Assembly (NCBI GenBank): GCA_041661275.1
Contig: JBAZUU010000003.1
Coordinates: 92,833-156,832, forward strand
DNA length: 64,000 nt
Source: Parcubacteria group bacterium
GTDB lineage: Bacteria; Patescibacteriota; Minisyncoccia; Moranbacterales; UBA2206
Reading direction: 5' to 3'
Positions 18,923 through 29,254 of the stretch are shown here, piece after piece; positions within the stretch are counted from its first letter, which is position 1; the number at the start of each line of letters is the position of its first letter. Under the pieces are notes generated by a model that was given only the letters and a program-made list of their open reading frames with translations, ran no database searches and was not told the DNA's origin. Position numbers and translations under genes: made by a program.

Positions 18923-20986
18923 ATGGAACTAAATAAATTATTCAACCCAACTTCCATCGCCATCGTCGGTGCATCGGAAGAAGAGGGGAAGGTGGGAAAT
19001 GTTATTGCTAAAAATATTTTAACTCTTGGCTATTCCGGCAAGGTATTTTTGGTCAATCCAAAACACGAGACTCTTTTTGGTCAGAAGTGCTATAAGTCTC
19101 TTAGTGAAATACAAGAATCGGTGGATTTGGCGATGATCATTATTCCGGCGAAATTTGTGACGGCAGAAATTAGCAATAATGCCGACAGGATAAAAAATTA
19201 TGTGATAATTTCCGCCGGATTTTCAGAAATTGGCGAAGAAGGGAAAAAACGGGAAGAAGAGTTAGCAAAAATAGCCAAAGAAAAAGATTTAAATATACTT
19301 GGTCCCAATTGTTTAGGCTTTATCGCGCCGGAAATAAAATTGAACGCTACTTTTGCCGGCGGCATGCCAGAGATGGGAAACATCGCTCTCGTGTCCCAAT
19401 CCGGGGCGCTCGCGGTCGGAATGCTGGATATTGCCGAGAAAGATGATTATGGTTTTTCCTACGTCATTTCTATCGGTAATAAAATGAGCCTCGACGAATC
19501 AGACGTTTTGGAATATCTGGCCAGCGACGAAAAAACCAAAGTTATTGGAATGTATTTGGAAGGGATAAAAAATGGTTCAAAATTTTTGGAAGTGGCTGCC
19601 AAGGTTTCCAAAGTAAAGCCGGTCGTTCTTTTGAAAGCCGGAAAAACAGAAAAATCGCAAAAGGCTATTTCATCACACACAGGCGCCTTGGCTGGCAGTG
19701 ATGAAATTATTTCTACAATTTGCGAAAAAATAGGCATAATGCGCGCAGAAAATCTGGAAGAATTTTTTAATCTCATAAATCTCGTGTCTCTCACTGATCC
19801 ACCAAAAACTAATCTAGTGGCTGTGGTGACTAACGCCGGTGGTCCTGGAGTTTTAGCGACTGATGCTTTTAAGGATAAAAATATTAAATTAGCTGATATT
19901 TCTGATAAAATAAAATTAAATTTACGAAAATTCTTGCCGGAGGAATCTTCGGTGGAAAATCCGATTGATGTTTTGGGCGATGCGCATGAAGACCGGTATA
20001 AAAAAGTTTTGGCGACACTGGGAAAGGACGCAGGTATCGGTTCTTTTATATCTATTCTTACTCCACAAGATCAAACGCCAGTTAACAAAATAGCATCCAA
20101 GATAATCCAGTTCAAGAATAAAAATCAAGCCACCATCGTAACTTCTTTTATCGGTGGAAAAAGAATAGAAAGGGCGGTAAAAAAACTACGGGAAAGTGGC
20201 GTGCCCAACTTTCGATTTCCGCACTCGGCGGTGGAGGCGTTGGATAAATATTATGGCTGGAACAACAAAAGGAGCAATGCTGTAGCAGAAAATTATGTTC
20301 CTGATAACGAAAGAATATCAAAAATCCGGGCAATTATAGAAAAAGCCAAGGGCGAAGGAAGGGGCGCGCTGTATTTTTCAGAGGCGAAAACAGTAATGGA
20401 TTTGTATGGAATTAAAACAGTGGATATAAAAGAAATAATGTCGAACTTCCAAGGTTCAACCTTGGAAGTAAAATTTCCAGTTGTTTTGAAAGTGGACAGC
20501 GACAAGGTTCTTCATAAAACAGATAAGCAGGGAATACTTCTCAATATTAAGGATCAAGAAGAATTAGACAAGAGCATAAAAATAATGCAGACTAATTTTC
20601 CGGGTGAAAGGCTAATCATCCAATCAATGCTGGAACGGAAAACGGAACTGATAGTGGGAATAAAAAAAGATGAAGTTTTTGGGCCGGTTGTCGTCTATGG
20701 CCTGGGTGGAATATACACCGAAGTTTTCAGGATGGTTGATTTTCTTGTTCCGCCGGCAACTCAAGAAGAAACAGAAAAAGAGATCGCCAAAAGCAAAATT
20801 AAGTTTCTATTTTCCGAAACTCGCGGTCAAAAAGCGTATAATGTGAAAGAATTGTCCAATATTCTCCTGGGAACCAGCCAGTTGGCTCAAGAAATAGCTG
20901 AAATAGTCGAGTTTGATATAAACCCGCTACTCATCTATAATAATGGAAAAGAAGCAGTGGCGGTGGATGTGAAGATAATAATATAA
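18923..20986 (+). CDS. acetate--CoA ligase (ADP-forming), fused alpha/beta
   Basis: CoA-binding, succinyl-CoA-synthetase-like and ATP-grasp layout. The protein is 687 aa. Confidence 0.8.
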   Translation: MELNKLFNPTSIAIVGASEEEGKVGNVIAKNILTLGYSGKVFLVNPKHETLFGQKCYKSLSEIQESVDLAMIIIPAKFVTAEISNNADRIKNYVIISAGFSEIGEEGKKREEELAKIAKEKDLNILGPNCLGFIAPEIKLNATFAGGMPEMGNIALVSQSGALAVGMLDIAEKDDYGFSYVISIGNKMSLDESDVLEYLASDEKTKVIGMYLEGIKNGSKFLEVAAKVSKVKPVVLLKAGKTEKSQKAISSHTGALAGSDEIISTICEKIGIMRAENLEEFFNLINLVSLTDPPKTNLVAVVTNAGGPGVLATDAFKDKNIKLADISDKIKLNLRKFLPEESSVENPIDVLGDAHEDRYKKVLATLGKDAGIGSFISILTPQDQTPVNKIASKIIQFKNKNQATIVTSFIGGKRIERAVKKLRESGVPNFRFPHSAVEALDKYYGWNNKRSNAVAENYVPDNERISKIRAIIEKAKGEGRGALYFSEAKTVMDLYGIKTVDIKEIMSNFQGSTLEVKFPVVLKVDSDKVLHKTDKQGILLNIKDQEELDKSIKIMQTNFPGERLIIQSMLERKTELIVGIKKDEVFGPVVVYGLGGIYTEVFRMVDFLVPPATQEETEKEIAKSKIKFLFSETRGQKAYNVKELSNILLGTSQLAQEIAEIVEFDINPLLIYNNGKEAVAVDVKIII

Positions 20987-21005
20987 ATTATTTAATTATA
21001 ATAAT

Positions 21006-21581
21006 ATGGCTGAAGAAAAAGCAAAGGGGACAAAAATCTTGATTGTCGATGACGATGATAGTATACGCTCTACTTACGTTGAAATTTTCAAAAAAGACGG
21101 CTTTGAAGTGGAAGAGGCAAAGGATGGCCTTGAAGGCTTGGACGCGGCCACAAAAAACATTCCCGATATTGTTTTCACGGGGATAGTAATGCCGCGGATG
21201 GACGGGTTTGGTTTTATCGAAGCGCTCAAGGAGAACGTGGCAACAGCCAATATTCCTATCGTAATTTCTTCCCACTTGGGAAGAAGTATCGACAATACGA
21301 GAGCCAAGGAGCTTGGAGTAAAAGATTTTATCGTCCGTCATATGGTAACTCCCAAAGAAGCGGTGGAAAGAGTGAGAAAAGTTCTGGGTTCGGGAGATTA
21401 TAAACTGAAAATAATTGCCAGCGAATTGGATGCGGCGCAGTTGGCAAAAAATCTTCATTTCAAAGAGGACTATAAATGCGGATATTGCGGAGCCGATCTA
21501 ATTTTGAATTTGCGTGTTTCGGACATAGAAAATCACGAATTTACAGGAAAAATAAATTGTCCTAACTGCGGTCGGGTATAA
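21006..21581 (+). CDS. single-domain response regulator with C-terminal zinc ribbon
   Basis: ILIVDDDD...MPRMDGF receiver, then CGYCGADL...CPNCG. Confidence 0.7.
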   Translation: MAEEKAKGTKILIVDDDDSIRSTYVEIFKKDGFEVEEAKDGLEGLDAATKNIPDIVFTGIVMPRMDGFGFIEALKENVATANIPIVISSHLGRSIDNTRAKELGVKDFIVRHMVTPKEAVERVRKVLGSGDYKLKIIASELDAAQLAKNLHFKEDYKCGYCGADLILNLRVSDIENHEFTGKINCPNCGRV

Positions 21582-21603
21582 GTGTGTTGGATAATTTTCT
21601 TAT

Positions 21604-21744
21604 CTTGCGCGTTTGTCTATGTCGATACGCACTTCGGCGCGATAGTTTGCTGCGGATAGTCAGTTCCGACAGCATAGTTAAAAAATTATATCAAAAAGCT
21701 AGTAAGCGCCTACGAGAGCGTCTCTCCATAGCCAAACGCGCAAG
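21604..21744. repeat. inverted-repeat element, second copy of the 10014-10168 family
   Basis: cttgcgcgtttg / caaacgcgcaag arms. The inner part tgtcgatacgcacttcggcgcgatag ... agcgtctctcca parallels copy 1. Confidence 0.6.
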
Positions 21745-21787
21745 CTTTTAGCACTGCGGGGTATTCTACCCCTTTTTAAATTAAGTT

Positions 21788-23497
21788 ATGAATTGGAACA
21801 TAGAAAACAAAAAAAGTGATTTTCCGGAAGAGCTGGAAAAAAAATACGGGAAAATTATTCTGGAATTATTATCCCGCCGAAATATCAAAACTTCTAAGGA
21901 AATAGAGGATTTTTTTAATTTTGATTATGAAAAAGATATCACTGATTCCTTAGGAATCCCAGAAATAGCGAAAGCGGTGGAACGGATTGAGGAGGCTGGA
22001 AAAAAGGGAGAAAAAATAGCTATTTTTGGCGATTATGACGCTGATGGTGTGACTGCTTCTGTTATTTTGTATGAGACTTTAACTGATCTTGGATTTAAGA
22101 ACGTCATTTCCTATATTCCCGATCGCCAGACAGAAGGTTATGGAATGAATGAAAAAGCGTTGGAGTTTATCAAAGAACAAGGAGTAAAATTGATCATTAC
22201 TGTTGATTGTGGAATCACTAATTTAGCGGAAGTGGAAAAGGCGAAGAAACTTGGAATGGATGTTATCATCACTGATCATCACCATGTACCCAATATTTTG
22301 CCAAAAGCGGTGGCGATTATTAATCCGCATATTCCAGAGTTGGATTTCAAATTCCGCGATTTTGCCGGAGTAGGCGTGGCATATAAACTGGCGCAGGCAT
22401 TATATAAAAAAATCAATCCTAAAAGAATTGATCAATTAAAATGGGCATTGGACTTGGTCGGGATTGGAACGATTGCTGATTGTGTTCCGCTCCTGGGAGA
22501 GAATCGGGTGCTGACGAAATATGGACTTTTGGTTTTGTCTAAAACACGTCGAGTAGGAATTAAGGAAATGTTTCAGGTGGGGCGCATCAATATTTCTGAA
22601 GATAATGTGCCCGACGCCTGGAATGTGGCTTTTCAAATCTCACCGAGAATTAACGCGGCAGGAAGAATGGATCATGCCAGCACGTCATATAAGCTGCTCA
22701 TTGAAAAAGATAGGGCTGTCGCTAGAACTTTGGCGCTGGAAGTGGAAAGCAAAAATCAGGAAAGGCAAAAAGTGACTGGCGAAATTGTCCGCGAGATAAA
22801 AATTCTGGCTGATAATGCATTCAAGGACAGAAAAATTATTTTTGCTGCGAACGAGCATTGGCCGGTAGGAATTTTGGGGCTAGTAGCTGGAAAAATCGCC
22901 GATGAATATAAAAAACCGACCATTATTTTGCAAAAACAAGGCGAGGAACTTACTGGCTCTCTGCGTTCAATTCCAGAGGTAGATATTATGGAAGTCTTGG
23001 AAAAATGTTCGGAGTTTCTCGTCAAATTTGGCGGACACGCGCAAGCAGCCGGAATAACCATAAAAGAAAAAAACGCGGAAAAGTTTTTTGAGCGTTTTGA
23101 AAAGATCGTGGAAGAAAAAATAAAAGATTTGGACATTTCAACGGCCTTGGAGATAGACACGGAGATAACACCTGCAGACATCAATTGGGATTTTATGAAC
23201 TGGCTCAAGAAAATGGAACCGTTCGGTGAAGGCAACCGCCAGCCGGTGTTTGTTATAAAAAATATGAAAATATTTGATCTAAAGATGTGTGGCAACGGCG
23301 ACAAGCACTGGAAAATATCTTTGGGTAGCGCTTCCGGAAGCCCTAAGATTTTTGATTCTATTGGCTTTGGATTTGGCGCTAAATTTCCTGATCTCAAGCA
23401 AAGTGACATTATTGACGTGGTATGCAACTTATGCGAAGATAATTGGAATGGTAGCAAGAAAATTCAACTAAAACTAATTGATTTAAAGAAAGTATGA
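21788..23497 (+). CDS. recJ: single-stranded-DNA-specific exonuclease RecJ
   Basis: DHH motifs (FGDYDADGVT, ITDHHH) and a DHHA1 region. Confidence 0.85.
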   Translation: MNWNIENKKSDFPEELEKKYGKIILELLSRRNIKTSKEIEDFFNFDYEKDITDSLGIPEIAKAVERIEEAGKKGEKIAIFGDYDADGVTASVILYETLTDLGFKNVISYIPDRQTEGYGMNEKALEFIKEQGVKLIITVDCGITNLAEVEKAKKLGMDVIITDHHHVPNILPKAVAIINPHIPELDFKFRDFAGVGVAYKLAQALYKKINPKRIDQLKWALDLVGIGTIADCVPLLGENRVLTKYGLLVLSKTRRVGIKEMFQVGRINISEDNVPDAWNVAFQISPRINAAGRMDHASTSYKLLIEKDRAVARTLALEVESKNQERQKVTGEIVREIKILADNAFKDRKIIFAANEHWPVGILGLVAGKIADEYKKPTIILQKQGEELTGSLRSIPEVDIMEVLEKCSEFLVKFGGHAQAAGITIKEKNAEKFFERFEKIVEEKIKDLDISTALEIDTEITPADINWDFMNWLKKMEPFGEGNRQPVFVIKNMKIFDLKMCGNGDKHWKISLGSASGSPKIFDSIGFGFGAKFPDLKQSDIIDVVCNLCEDNWNGSKKIQLKLIDLKKV

Positions 23498-24192
23498 AGC
23501 ATATAATTCTTCCGGGACTGACAACTACGCCGAAATCTGATTGGCGGGAAAAGATAAGAGAAATTGATCGATGTAGTATTGAAGAAATTGCACTATTTCC
23601 AACTTTTTTAGAACTGCCTGGCAGAAAAGAGCTTTATAGTCTCTTAGAAAATACCAAACTTAAGAGAATCCCGCATGTTCATCTACGAAGCGATATGGAA
23701 GCCTGGGAACTTGAATTGTTCAATAATAAATATAAAACCGAAGTTTTTAATATTCACCCGGAGCCAACAGAGCTAGGATTTCTTGAAAATTTAAAAAAGA
23801 CGGACAATGTCTATGTTGAAAATACTAACAAGATAACTGATTTTTATTTCGAAGTTGCGGATATGTGCGGTGGAGTCTGTCTGGATATTTCTCATTGGGA
23901 AGATTATGGTATTCCGGAGGGCTATGATGATTTCTCCCAAAAAATAGAAAAATATAAGATCGGTTGTTCTCATATATCGGCCATAAAAAAAGATTTTAAA
24001 ACTTGGGAACATTATACAACCAAGGAAAAATTAAATCTCTATAGCGATCATTATATGGACGATTTGAGTGAACTGGATTATGTGAAAAAATATGTCCAGT
24101 ATCTACCTGAATATGTTAGCATTGAGCTGGAAAATTCATTCGAAGAACAACTGAAAGTGAAGGAATATTTGGAGAAAATCATTAATGGATAA
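23494..24192 (+). CDS. hypothetical protein
   Basis: 232-aa ORF whose start overlaps the recJ stop. No family was recognised. Confidence 0.4.
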   Translation: MKHIILPGLTTTPKSDWREKIREIDRCSIEEIALFPTFLELPGRKELYSLLENTKLKRIPHVHLRSDMEAWELELFNNKYKTEVFNIHPEPTELGFLENLKKTDNVYVENTNKITDFYFEVADMCGGVCLDISHWEDYGIPEGYDDFSQKIEKYKIGCSHISAIKKDFKTWEHYTTKEKLNLYSDHYMDDLSELDYVKKYVQYLPEYVSIELENSFEEQLKVKEYLEKIING

Positions 24193-24691
24193 TAAAGTGA
24201 AAAAGGAAAAAATGATCATTTGTCGGGATATAAAGGGTAAAAAACTTGAATATCCCTTGAGTAAACTCAACTGGAGACCGTCTATTTACGGAGTTATCGT
24301 AGAAAATGATAAAGTTTTACTTTCCAAACAGTGGGACGGTTATGATTTTCCCGGAGGAGGAATAGATCTGGGTGAAACCTTAGAAGAGGCGCTGAAAAGA
24401 GAGGTTTGGGAGGAAACGGGCGTGAAAGTCAAGATTCTCGATCTAATAACCTGCGAATATGATTTTTTTAAGTTACCCCACGAAGATGGTTGTGTCCAAT
24501 CTATTCTTATCTACTATCTTTGTAAAAAGATTGGAGGGAAGATATCTATGGATAATTTTGATGAGCATGAAAAAAAATACGCCGACATGCCGGAGTGGGT
24601 AGATCTCAAGAAAGCCAGGAAAATTAAATTTTACAACCCGGTCAATAGTGTGGAAATAATTAAAAAAGCATTAAAACTATGTCAGAAGTAA
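24185..24691 (+). CDS. NUDIX hydrolase
   Basis: Nudix box GGGIDLGETLEEALKREVWEETG. Confidence 0.75.
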   Translation: MDNKVKKEKMIICRDIKGKKLEYPLSKLNWRPSIYGVIVENDKVLLSKQWDGYDFPGGGIDLGETLEEALKREVWEETGVKVKILDLITCEYDFFKLPHEDGCVQSILIYYLCKKIGGKISMDNFDEHEKKYADMPEWVDLKKARKIKFYNPVNSVEIIKKALKLCQK

Positions 24692-25110
24692 TAAAAATGT
24701 TTACCGACGGGGGAGCGAGGAATAATCCAGGTCCGGCAGCGATTGGGGTGTGGATTCCGACGCTCGATAAAAAATATGGCGAATATATAGGCGAGAAGAC
24801 CAACAACGTTGCAGAATATGAAGCGTTGATTTTTGGCCTCAAGAAAATAAAATCGCTGGTCGGAAAGGAAAAAACCAAGAAAACAAGCGTGGAATGCTTT
24901 TTAGATTCGGAACTGGTCGTGAAACAGCTCAATCATGAATATAAGCTGAAAGAAGAATATATCCAGAAAAATTTTATCCTCATCTGGAATTTGATGTTGG
25001 ACTTCCAAAAAGTCATTTTTTCGCATATAATGAGAGAGGAGAACAAGATCGCCGACGCTCTTGTAAATGAGGCGTTGGATGAGAAGGAAAAACAAACAAG
25101 CTTATTATAA
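24679..25110 (+). CDS. rnhA: ribonuclease HI
   Basis: FTDGGARNNPGPAAIG, NNVAEYEAL and LDSELVVKQL motifs. Confidence 0.85.
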   Translation: MSEVIKMFTDGGARNNPGPAAIGVWIPTLDKKYGEYIGEKTNNVAEYEALIFGLKKIKSLVGKEKTKKTSVECFLDSELVVKQLNHEYKLKEEYIQKNFILIWNLMLDFQKVIFSHIMREENKIADALVNEALDEKEKQTSLL

Positions 25111-25113
25111 TTT

Positions 25114-26127
25114 ATGTTTAAGAAAAAAAAGACCTACGTCATACTAATTATCATAATCGCGATTGTCGGCAGTGTTTTTTATTTCAAAAATAAAAAACCA
25201 AAAGTGGAATATACGACGCAAGATGTGAAAACCGGAACACTGGCGCAAACTGTTTCCGTGACAGGGGTGCTGGCTTCACCTAATCAGGCCGATTTGTCGT
25301 TCAAAATAAGCGGGCGATTGGAAAAAATGTATGTTGATATTGGTGATCCGGTAGTGAAAGGACAGAAAATCGCGACCATTGACGGAGGAACGCTTAATTC
25401 CCAATTGAATCAGGCCAAGGCAGAATTGCGGTCGCAAAAACAAACACTGGCCAGTATGAAACGGGGAGGATATAACGTAGAAAAAGAAAGGGCGCAAAGA
25501 GAACAGGTGAGGGCTGCGGAGGCGGCTGTTTCGCAAATTTTGGATCAGATTCGCGAAACAACAATATATGCGCCGATTGACGGTTTCATTATAAAAAAGA
25601 GTTCGGAAGTCGGCGAAATCATCGCGGCTAATTCCGCGGCTGGAAACACGCCGGTGGTGACTATCGCCCGAAACGATGATTTGGAAATTCGGACTAATGT
25701 TCCAGAATCGGATATTGTGAAAGTTACGCTTGGTCAAAATGCTGACGTAACGCTGGACGCGCTTTCATCAGCCGATGTTTTCAACGCCAAAGTGAGCGAG
25801 ATAGAGCCGGCATCAACGGTCATCCAGGATGTGGTTTATTACAAAGTGAAATTGAAATTTGATAGCCTTGATCCGCGTTTCAAAAATGGAATGAGCACAG
25901 ATGCGGATATAAAAACAGCCGAGCGTAGCAATGTCGTCTTCGCGCCAATGCGCGCGGTCAAAACCGAAAACGGACAAAAATATGTGGAAGTTCTGAAGGA
26001 TGAAAAAAACGGCGTGACGGAAAAAGTTAATGTTACCACAGGAATGGGAGGCGATGATGGGATGGTGGAGATAAAATCGGGGTTGAAAGGTGGGGAGAAG
26101 GTGGTGACGTTGACGAAGAACATCTGA
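25114..26127 (+). CDS. HlyD/MacA-family periplasmic adaptor (membrane fusion protein)
   Basis: TM anchor, lipoyl-like and beta-barrel segments with a coiled-coil insert. Confidence 0.75.
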   Translation: MFKKKKTYVILIIIIAIVGSVFYFKNKKPKVEYTTQDVKTGTLAQTVSVTGVLASPNQADLSFKISGRLEKMYVDIGDPVVKGQKIATIDGGTLNSQLNQAKAELRSQKQTLASMKRGGYNVEKERAQREQVRAAEAAVSQILDQIRETTIYAPIDGFIIKKSSEVGEIIAANSAAGNTPVVTIARNDDLEIRTNVPESDIVKVTLGQNADVTLDALSSADVFNAKVSEIEPASTVIQDVVYYKVKLKFDSLDPRFKNGMSTDADIKTAERSNVVFAPMRAVKTENGQKYVEVLKDEKNGVTEKVNVTTGMGGDDGMVEIKSGLKGGEKVVTLTKNI

Positions 26128-26165
26128 ACCACTGATTAGCACTGATTGCCACACGATTACACTGA
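26126..26165. repeat. GAACCACTGATT word array immediately at the HlyD stop
   Basis: tgaaccactgattagcactgattgccacacgatt. Confidence 0.75.
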
Positions 26166-26189
26166 ATAATATGTTCCCCCTCTCTTGTA

Positions 26190-26621
26190 CCGTCATCCCG
26201 AGCGGAGTGATGTCGCGTAGCGACAGAACGTAGTCGAGGGATCTGCCAAAGACTATTTCTAGTTATACGATAATGAAGCAACCTTGCGTATATATAATGA
26301 CTAATCATTCCCGGACATTATATATTGGTGTAACTGGTAGTGTTCAAAGACGAGTCTGGGAGCATAAAGAAAAATTAATAGAAGGATTTACAAAAAAATA
26401 CAATATAGACAGGTTGGTATATTATGAATTTTTTGAAGATTTTGCGGGTGCTATAGCCAGAGAAAAACAATTAAAACACTGGAGCAGAAAAAAGAAGATA
26501 TGGCTTATCGAAAAAGAGAATTCTTTATGGCTAGATTTATATGATGGATTATAGTCAGTGGTAACCCAAGGCAGATCTCTCGACTCGTTCGACTTATTGT
26601 CGAACTCGCTCGAGATGACGA
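26190..26621. mobile_element. large member of the CCGTCAT hairpin family carrying a GIY-YIG gene
   Basis: Left end ccgtcatcccgagcgg...agtcgagggatctgcc and right end ggcagatctctcgact...cgctcgagatgacg are reverse complements. They enclose the ORF 26273-26554. Confidence 0.75.
26273..26554 (+). CDS. GIY-YIG nuclease family protein (YhbQ/COG2827-like)
   Basis: The sequence begins MKQPCVYIMTNHSRTLYIGVTG..RRVWEHK and continues through YYEFFED..AIAREKQLKHWSRKKK. Confidence 0.8.
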   Translation: MKQPCVYIMTNHSRTLYIGVTGSVQRRVWEHKEKLIEGFTKKYNIDRLVYYEFFEDFAGAIAREKQLKHWSRKKKIWLIEKENSLWLDLYDGL

Positions 26622-26652
26622 TTTTTTATTAATGTAATTTTGAAAATAAAAA

Positions 26653-26692
26653 AGCCCCATCCTGCTTTGTGGGACGGGGCTGGCTGAGGGCG
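26653..26692 (-). terminator. rho-independent terminator for the minus-strand gene
   Basis: The reverse complement reads gccccgtcccacaaagcaggatggggc followed by tttttatttt. Confidence 0.5.
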
Positions 26693-26748
26693 TTGCCAGA
26701 AAACGTGGTGGCGACGGTCTGTTAATGCTTAGTTCAGCGAAAGAATTT

Positions 26749-27036
26749 CTATTCAGATTTCAAAACAACTTTTTGTATCTTGCCCACATGCTCATTGATT
26801 GCTGTCAGGGCGAGATAGGGGTCTGCTATTATGAAGGAAACTTCGTAGTTTCCAGAATAACTACTCCCGCACTGCTTGATTGAACCTGGAAGCGCTCCCC
26901 ATTCAGTAGTTTTTTTTTCGAGTATCTTTGTCAAATGATCCTTTCCTGCCGAGAAGTGAAGGCCATAAAAAATCACTACTTTCGCTCCATCGGGAATCTT
27001 TTCCAGTGGACTGGTTACTTCCTCATAAAGGTACAT
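26749..27036 (-). CDS. hypothetical protein
   Basis: 95-aa ORF with AGGAGG 8 nt before its ATG on the minus strand. It is the only confident minus-strand CDS in the window. Confidence 0.5.
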   Translation of the reverse strand: MYLYEEVTSPLEKIPDGAKVVIFYGLHFSAGKDHLTKILEKKTTEWGALPGSIKQCGSSYSGNYEVSFIIADPYLALTAINEHVGKIQKVVLKSE

Positions 27037-27122
27037 TTATTTATTGCCTCCTATATGTTAGCGGTTTCAAGTATGTGCCATAGCCTGCTACTAATCTACT
27101 ATTATACACCTAAACCCTCATT

Positions 27123-27854
27123 ATGTCAAATGCATTAATCCAAGTCCAAAATCTTTGCAAAACTTATAGCGATGACGGCGTGAAGACGACGGCGCTTTGT
27201 GGCGCTAATTTTCAAATTGAAAAAGGGGAATTTGTGGCGATTATGGGACCGTCGGGATCCGGGAAATCAACCCTCATGCAGCTTCTTGGGCTTCTTGACA
27301 AGCCGACAGACGGGAAATATATTTTTGAAGGGAAAGACACGACCACTTTTGATGATGACGCCTTGGCGGAATTCAGGAATAAAAGAATCGGTTTTGTTTT
27401 TCAGGCATTCAATCTTTTGCCGAGAACTTCTGTTTATGAAAACGTAGAATTACCATTGCTTTATGACGAAAAGCCGGACAATAATGGCAGTAACAAAGAA
27501 AAGGTGTCAGCGGCGTTAGAAGCGGTAGGAATGAGCCACCGGACTGATTATATGTCCAATCAATTGTCCGGTGGAGAAAAACAACGGGTAGCTATTGCTC
27601 GCGCTTTGGTCAATAATCCGGACGTAGTTTTTGCCGACGAGCCAACGGGAAATTTGGATTCCAAATCAGGAATACGCGTGATGGAAATTTTGCAAAAACT
27701 AAACAACGATGGCCACACTATAATTTTGGTCACGCACGAAACATACACAGCTGAACATTCAAAGCGAATAATATATCTTCGCGATGGCGAGATCGTGGCA
27801 GATGATCCGGTGAAGAATAGGAGAGTGGCGCAAGATGGGGAACTATTGAAATAA
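27123..27854 (+). CDS. ABC transporter ATP-binding protein (MacB/LolD-like)
   Basis: Walker A GPSGSGKST, the LSGGEKQRVAIARAL signature, and the Walker B/D-loop. Confidence 0.9.
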   Translation: MSNALIQVQNLCKTYSDDGVKTTALCGANFQIEKGEFVAIMGPSGSGKSTLMQLLGLLDKPTDGKYIFEGKDTTTFDDDALAEFRNKRIGFVFQAFNLLPRTSVYENVELPLLYDEKPDNNGSNKEKVSAALEAVGMSHRTDYMSNQLSGGEKQRVAIARALVNNPDVVFADEPTGNLDSKSGIRVMEILQKLNNDGHTIILVTHETYTAEHSKRIIYLRDGEIVADDPVKNRRVAQDGELLK

Positions 27855-27859
27855 TTTAC

Positions 27860-27992
27860 CCGTCATTCTGAGCGGAATGAGGCCTTTGGCCGAATGTAGT
27901 CGAAGAATCTACCAAATATTAGCACTAGTGATAATTTATAGCAGATCCTTCGACTACGTCCAATAAGAATTGGACTTCGCTCAGGATGACGG
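27860..27992. mobile_element. MITE-like hairpin element, copy B
   Basis: ccgtcattctgagcgg ... cgctcaggatgacgg, placed 6 bp after the ATPase stop. Confidence 0.8.
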
Positions 27993-27999
27993 CGTTATT

Positions 28000-29247
28000 A
28001 TGCGGCTTATTGATCCTATCCGAATATCCTATAAGAATTTAATGGCGGCGAAGTTCCGCTCGTTTTTAACTATTCTTGGAATCATCATTGGTGTGGCGTC
28101 GGTCGTTATCATTATGGCCATCGGACAATCAGCGCAAGCTTTGATTTTGGATCAAGTTTCAGGCATTGGTTCTAATTTAGTTGGAATTTTGCCTGGAGCA
28201 AGTGACGAAAAAGGACCACCGGCGGCAGCGATGGGGATAAAAGTGACCACTTTGAAGTACGGCGATTTGGAAGCGCTGCGCGACGGGAAAAATGCACCAG
28301 AAGTGCAAGACGCGGCCGGATATGTCATGGGATCGGAAACTGCTAAATATAACGGAACGTCGCTCACGGTTTCATTCACCGGAACGACGGCTAGTTATGT
28401 TGATGTGGAAAATGCAGAAGTAATTGATGGACGATTTATGACAAAAACAGAAGAAGTGGATATGTCGCGGGTAGCAATTGTGGGAAAAAATATTGTCCGC
28501 GATTTATTCCTCGGTGACGACCCGATCGGAAAAACTTTTACGCTAAAAGATCAAAATTTCACCGTTATCGGGGTTTTCAAGGAAAAAGGCGGCGGAGGAT
28601 TTGGAACGTCGAGTGTGGACGACTCGGTTTTTATTCCGCTAACGACCGCACAAAAATTGATGCTGGGAATTGACTACATTGCTTTTGTTCGCACTAAAGT
28701 TAAGAGTGCCGATCTTATCCCCTATGCTATCGAGGACATCAAAACCACTCTTCGCGAGCGGCATCATATTGATAATCCGGCCAATGACGATTTTTCAGTG
28801 CGCGACCAGGCGCAAGCCATTGAAATGATAAAAAATATCACTAATGTTTTGCGATATTTTCTCCTGGCTATTGGAACGATTTCTCTTATTGTTGGTGGGG
28901 TAGGGATTATGAATACAATGCTCATCGTAGTAAATCAGCGGATACGTGAAGTGGGACTGCGAAAAGCGGTCGGAGCGAAAACAAAAGATATTCTTTTGCA
29001 ATTTTTGATAGAATCGTCAGCCATTTCTTTTTTTGGTGGAATTTTGGGAATAATTTTTGGGATAATCGTTTCATTCTTAGCCGCGCTCGTTATGCAAGCG
29101 CTGAAATATAAATGGCCATTTATGATTTCCTGGCAGTCGATCGTGGTCGCTATGTTTGTTTCCATCGCCATTGGAGTGGTTTTTGGGATGTATCCCGCCA
29201 GGAGAGCGTCGAAGATAAGTCCGATGGAAGCGTTGAGATATGAGTAG
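28000..29247 (+). CDS. ABC transporter permease (FtsX/MacB-type, periplasmic core domain)
   Basis: N-terminal TM, large periplasmic domain and three C-terminal TMs. The ORF-track start 27970 (MDFAQDDG) is inside the repeat. The likely start is MRLIDP at 28000. Confidence 0.8.
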   Translation: MRLIDPIRISYKNLMAAKFRSFLTILGIIIGVASVVIIMAIGQSAQALILDQVSGIGSNLVGILPGASDEKGPPAAAMGIKVTTLKYGDLEALRDGKNAPEVQDAAGYVMGSETAKYNGTSLTVSFTGTTASYVDVENAEVIDGRFMTKTEEVDMSRVAIVGKNIVRDLFLGDDPIGKTFTLKDQNFTVIGVFKEKGGGGFGTSSVDDSVFIPLTTAQKLMLGIDYIAFVRTKVKSADLIPYAIEDIKTTLRERHHIDNPANDDFSVRDQAQAIEMIKNITNVLRYFLLAIGTISLIVGGVGIMNTMLIVVNQRIREVGLRKAVGAKTKDILLQFLIESSAISFFGGILGIIFGIIVSFLAALVMQALKYKWPFMISWQSIVVAMFVSIAIGVVFGMYPARRASKISPMEALRYE

Positions 29248-29254
29248 CCGCCGT

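Noticed and set aside
22756-23457. 233-aa minus-strand ORF inside recJ
   Set aside because: It is antisense to a strongly supported CDS. The translation is Ser/Leu/Phe-rich with no motifs.
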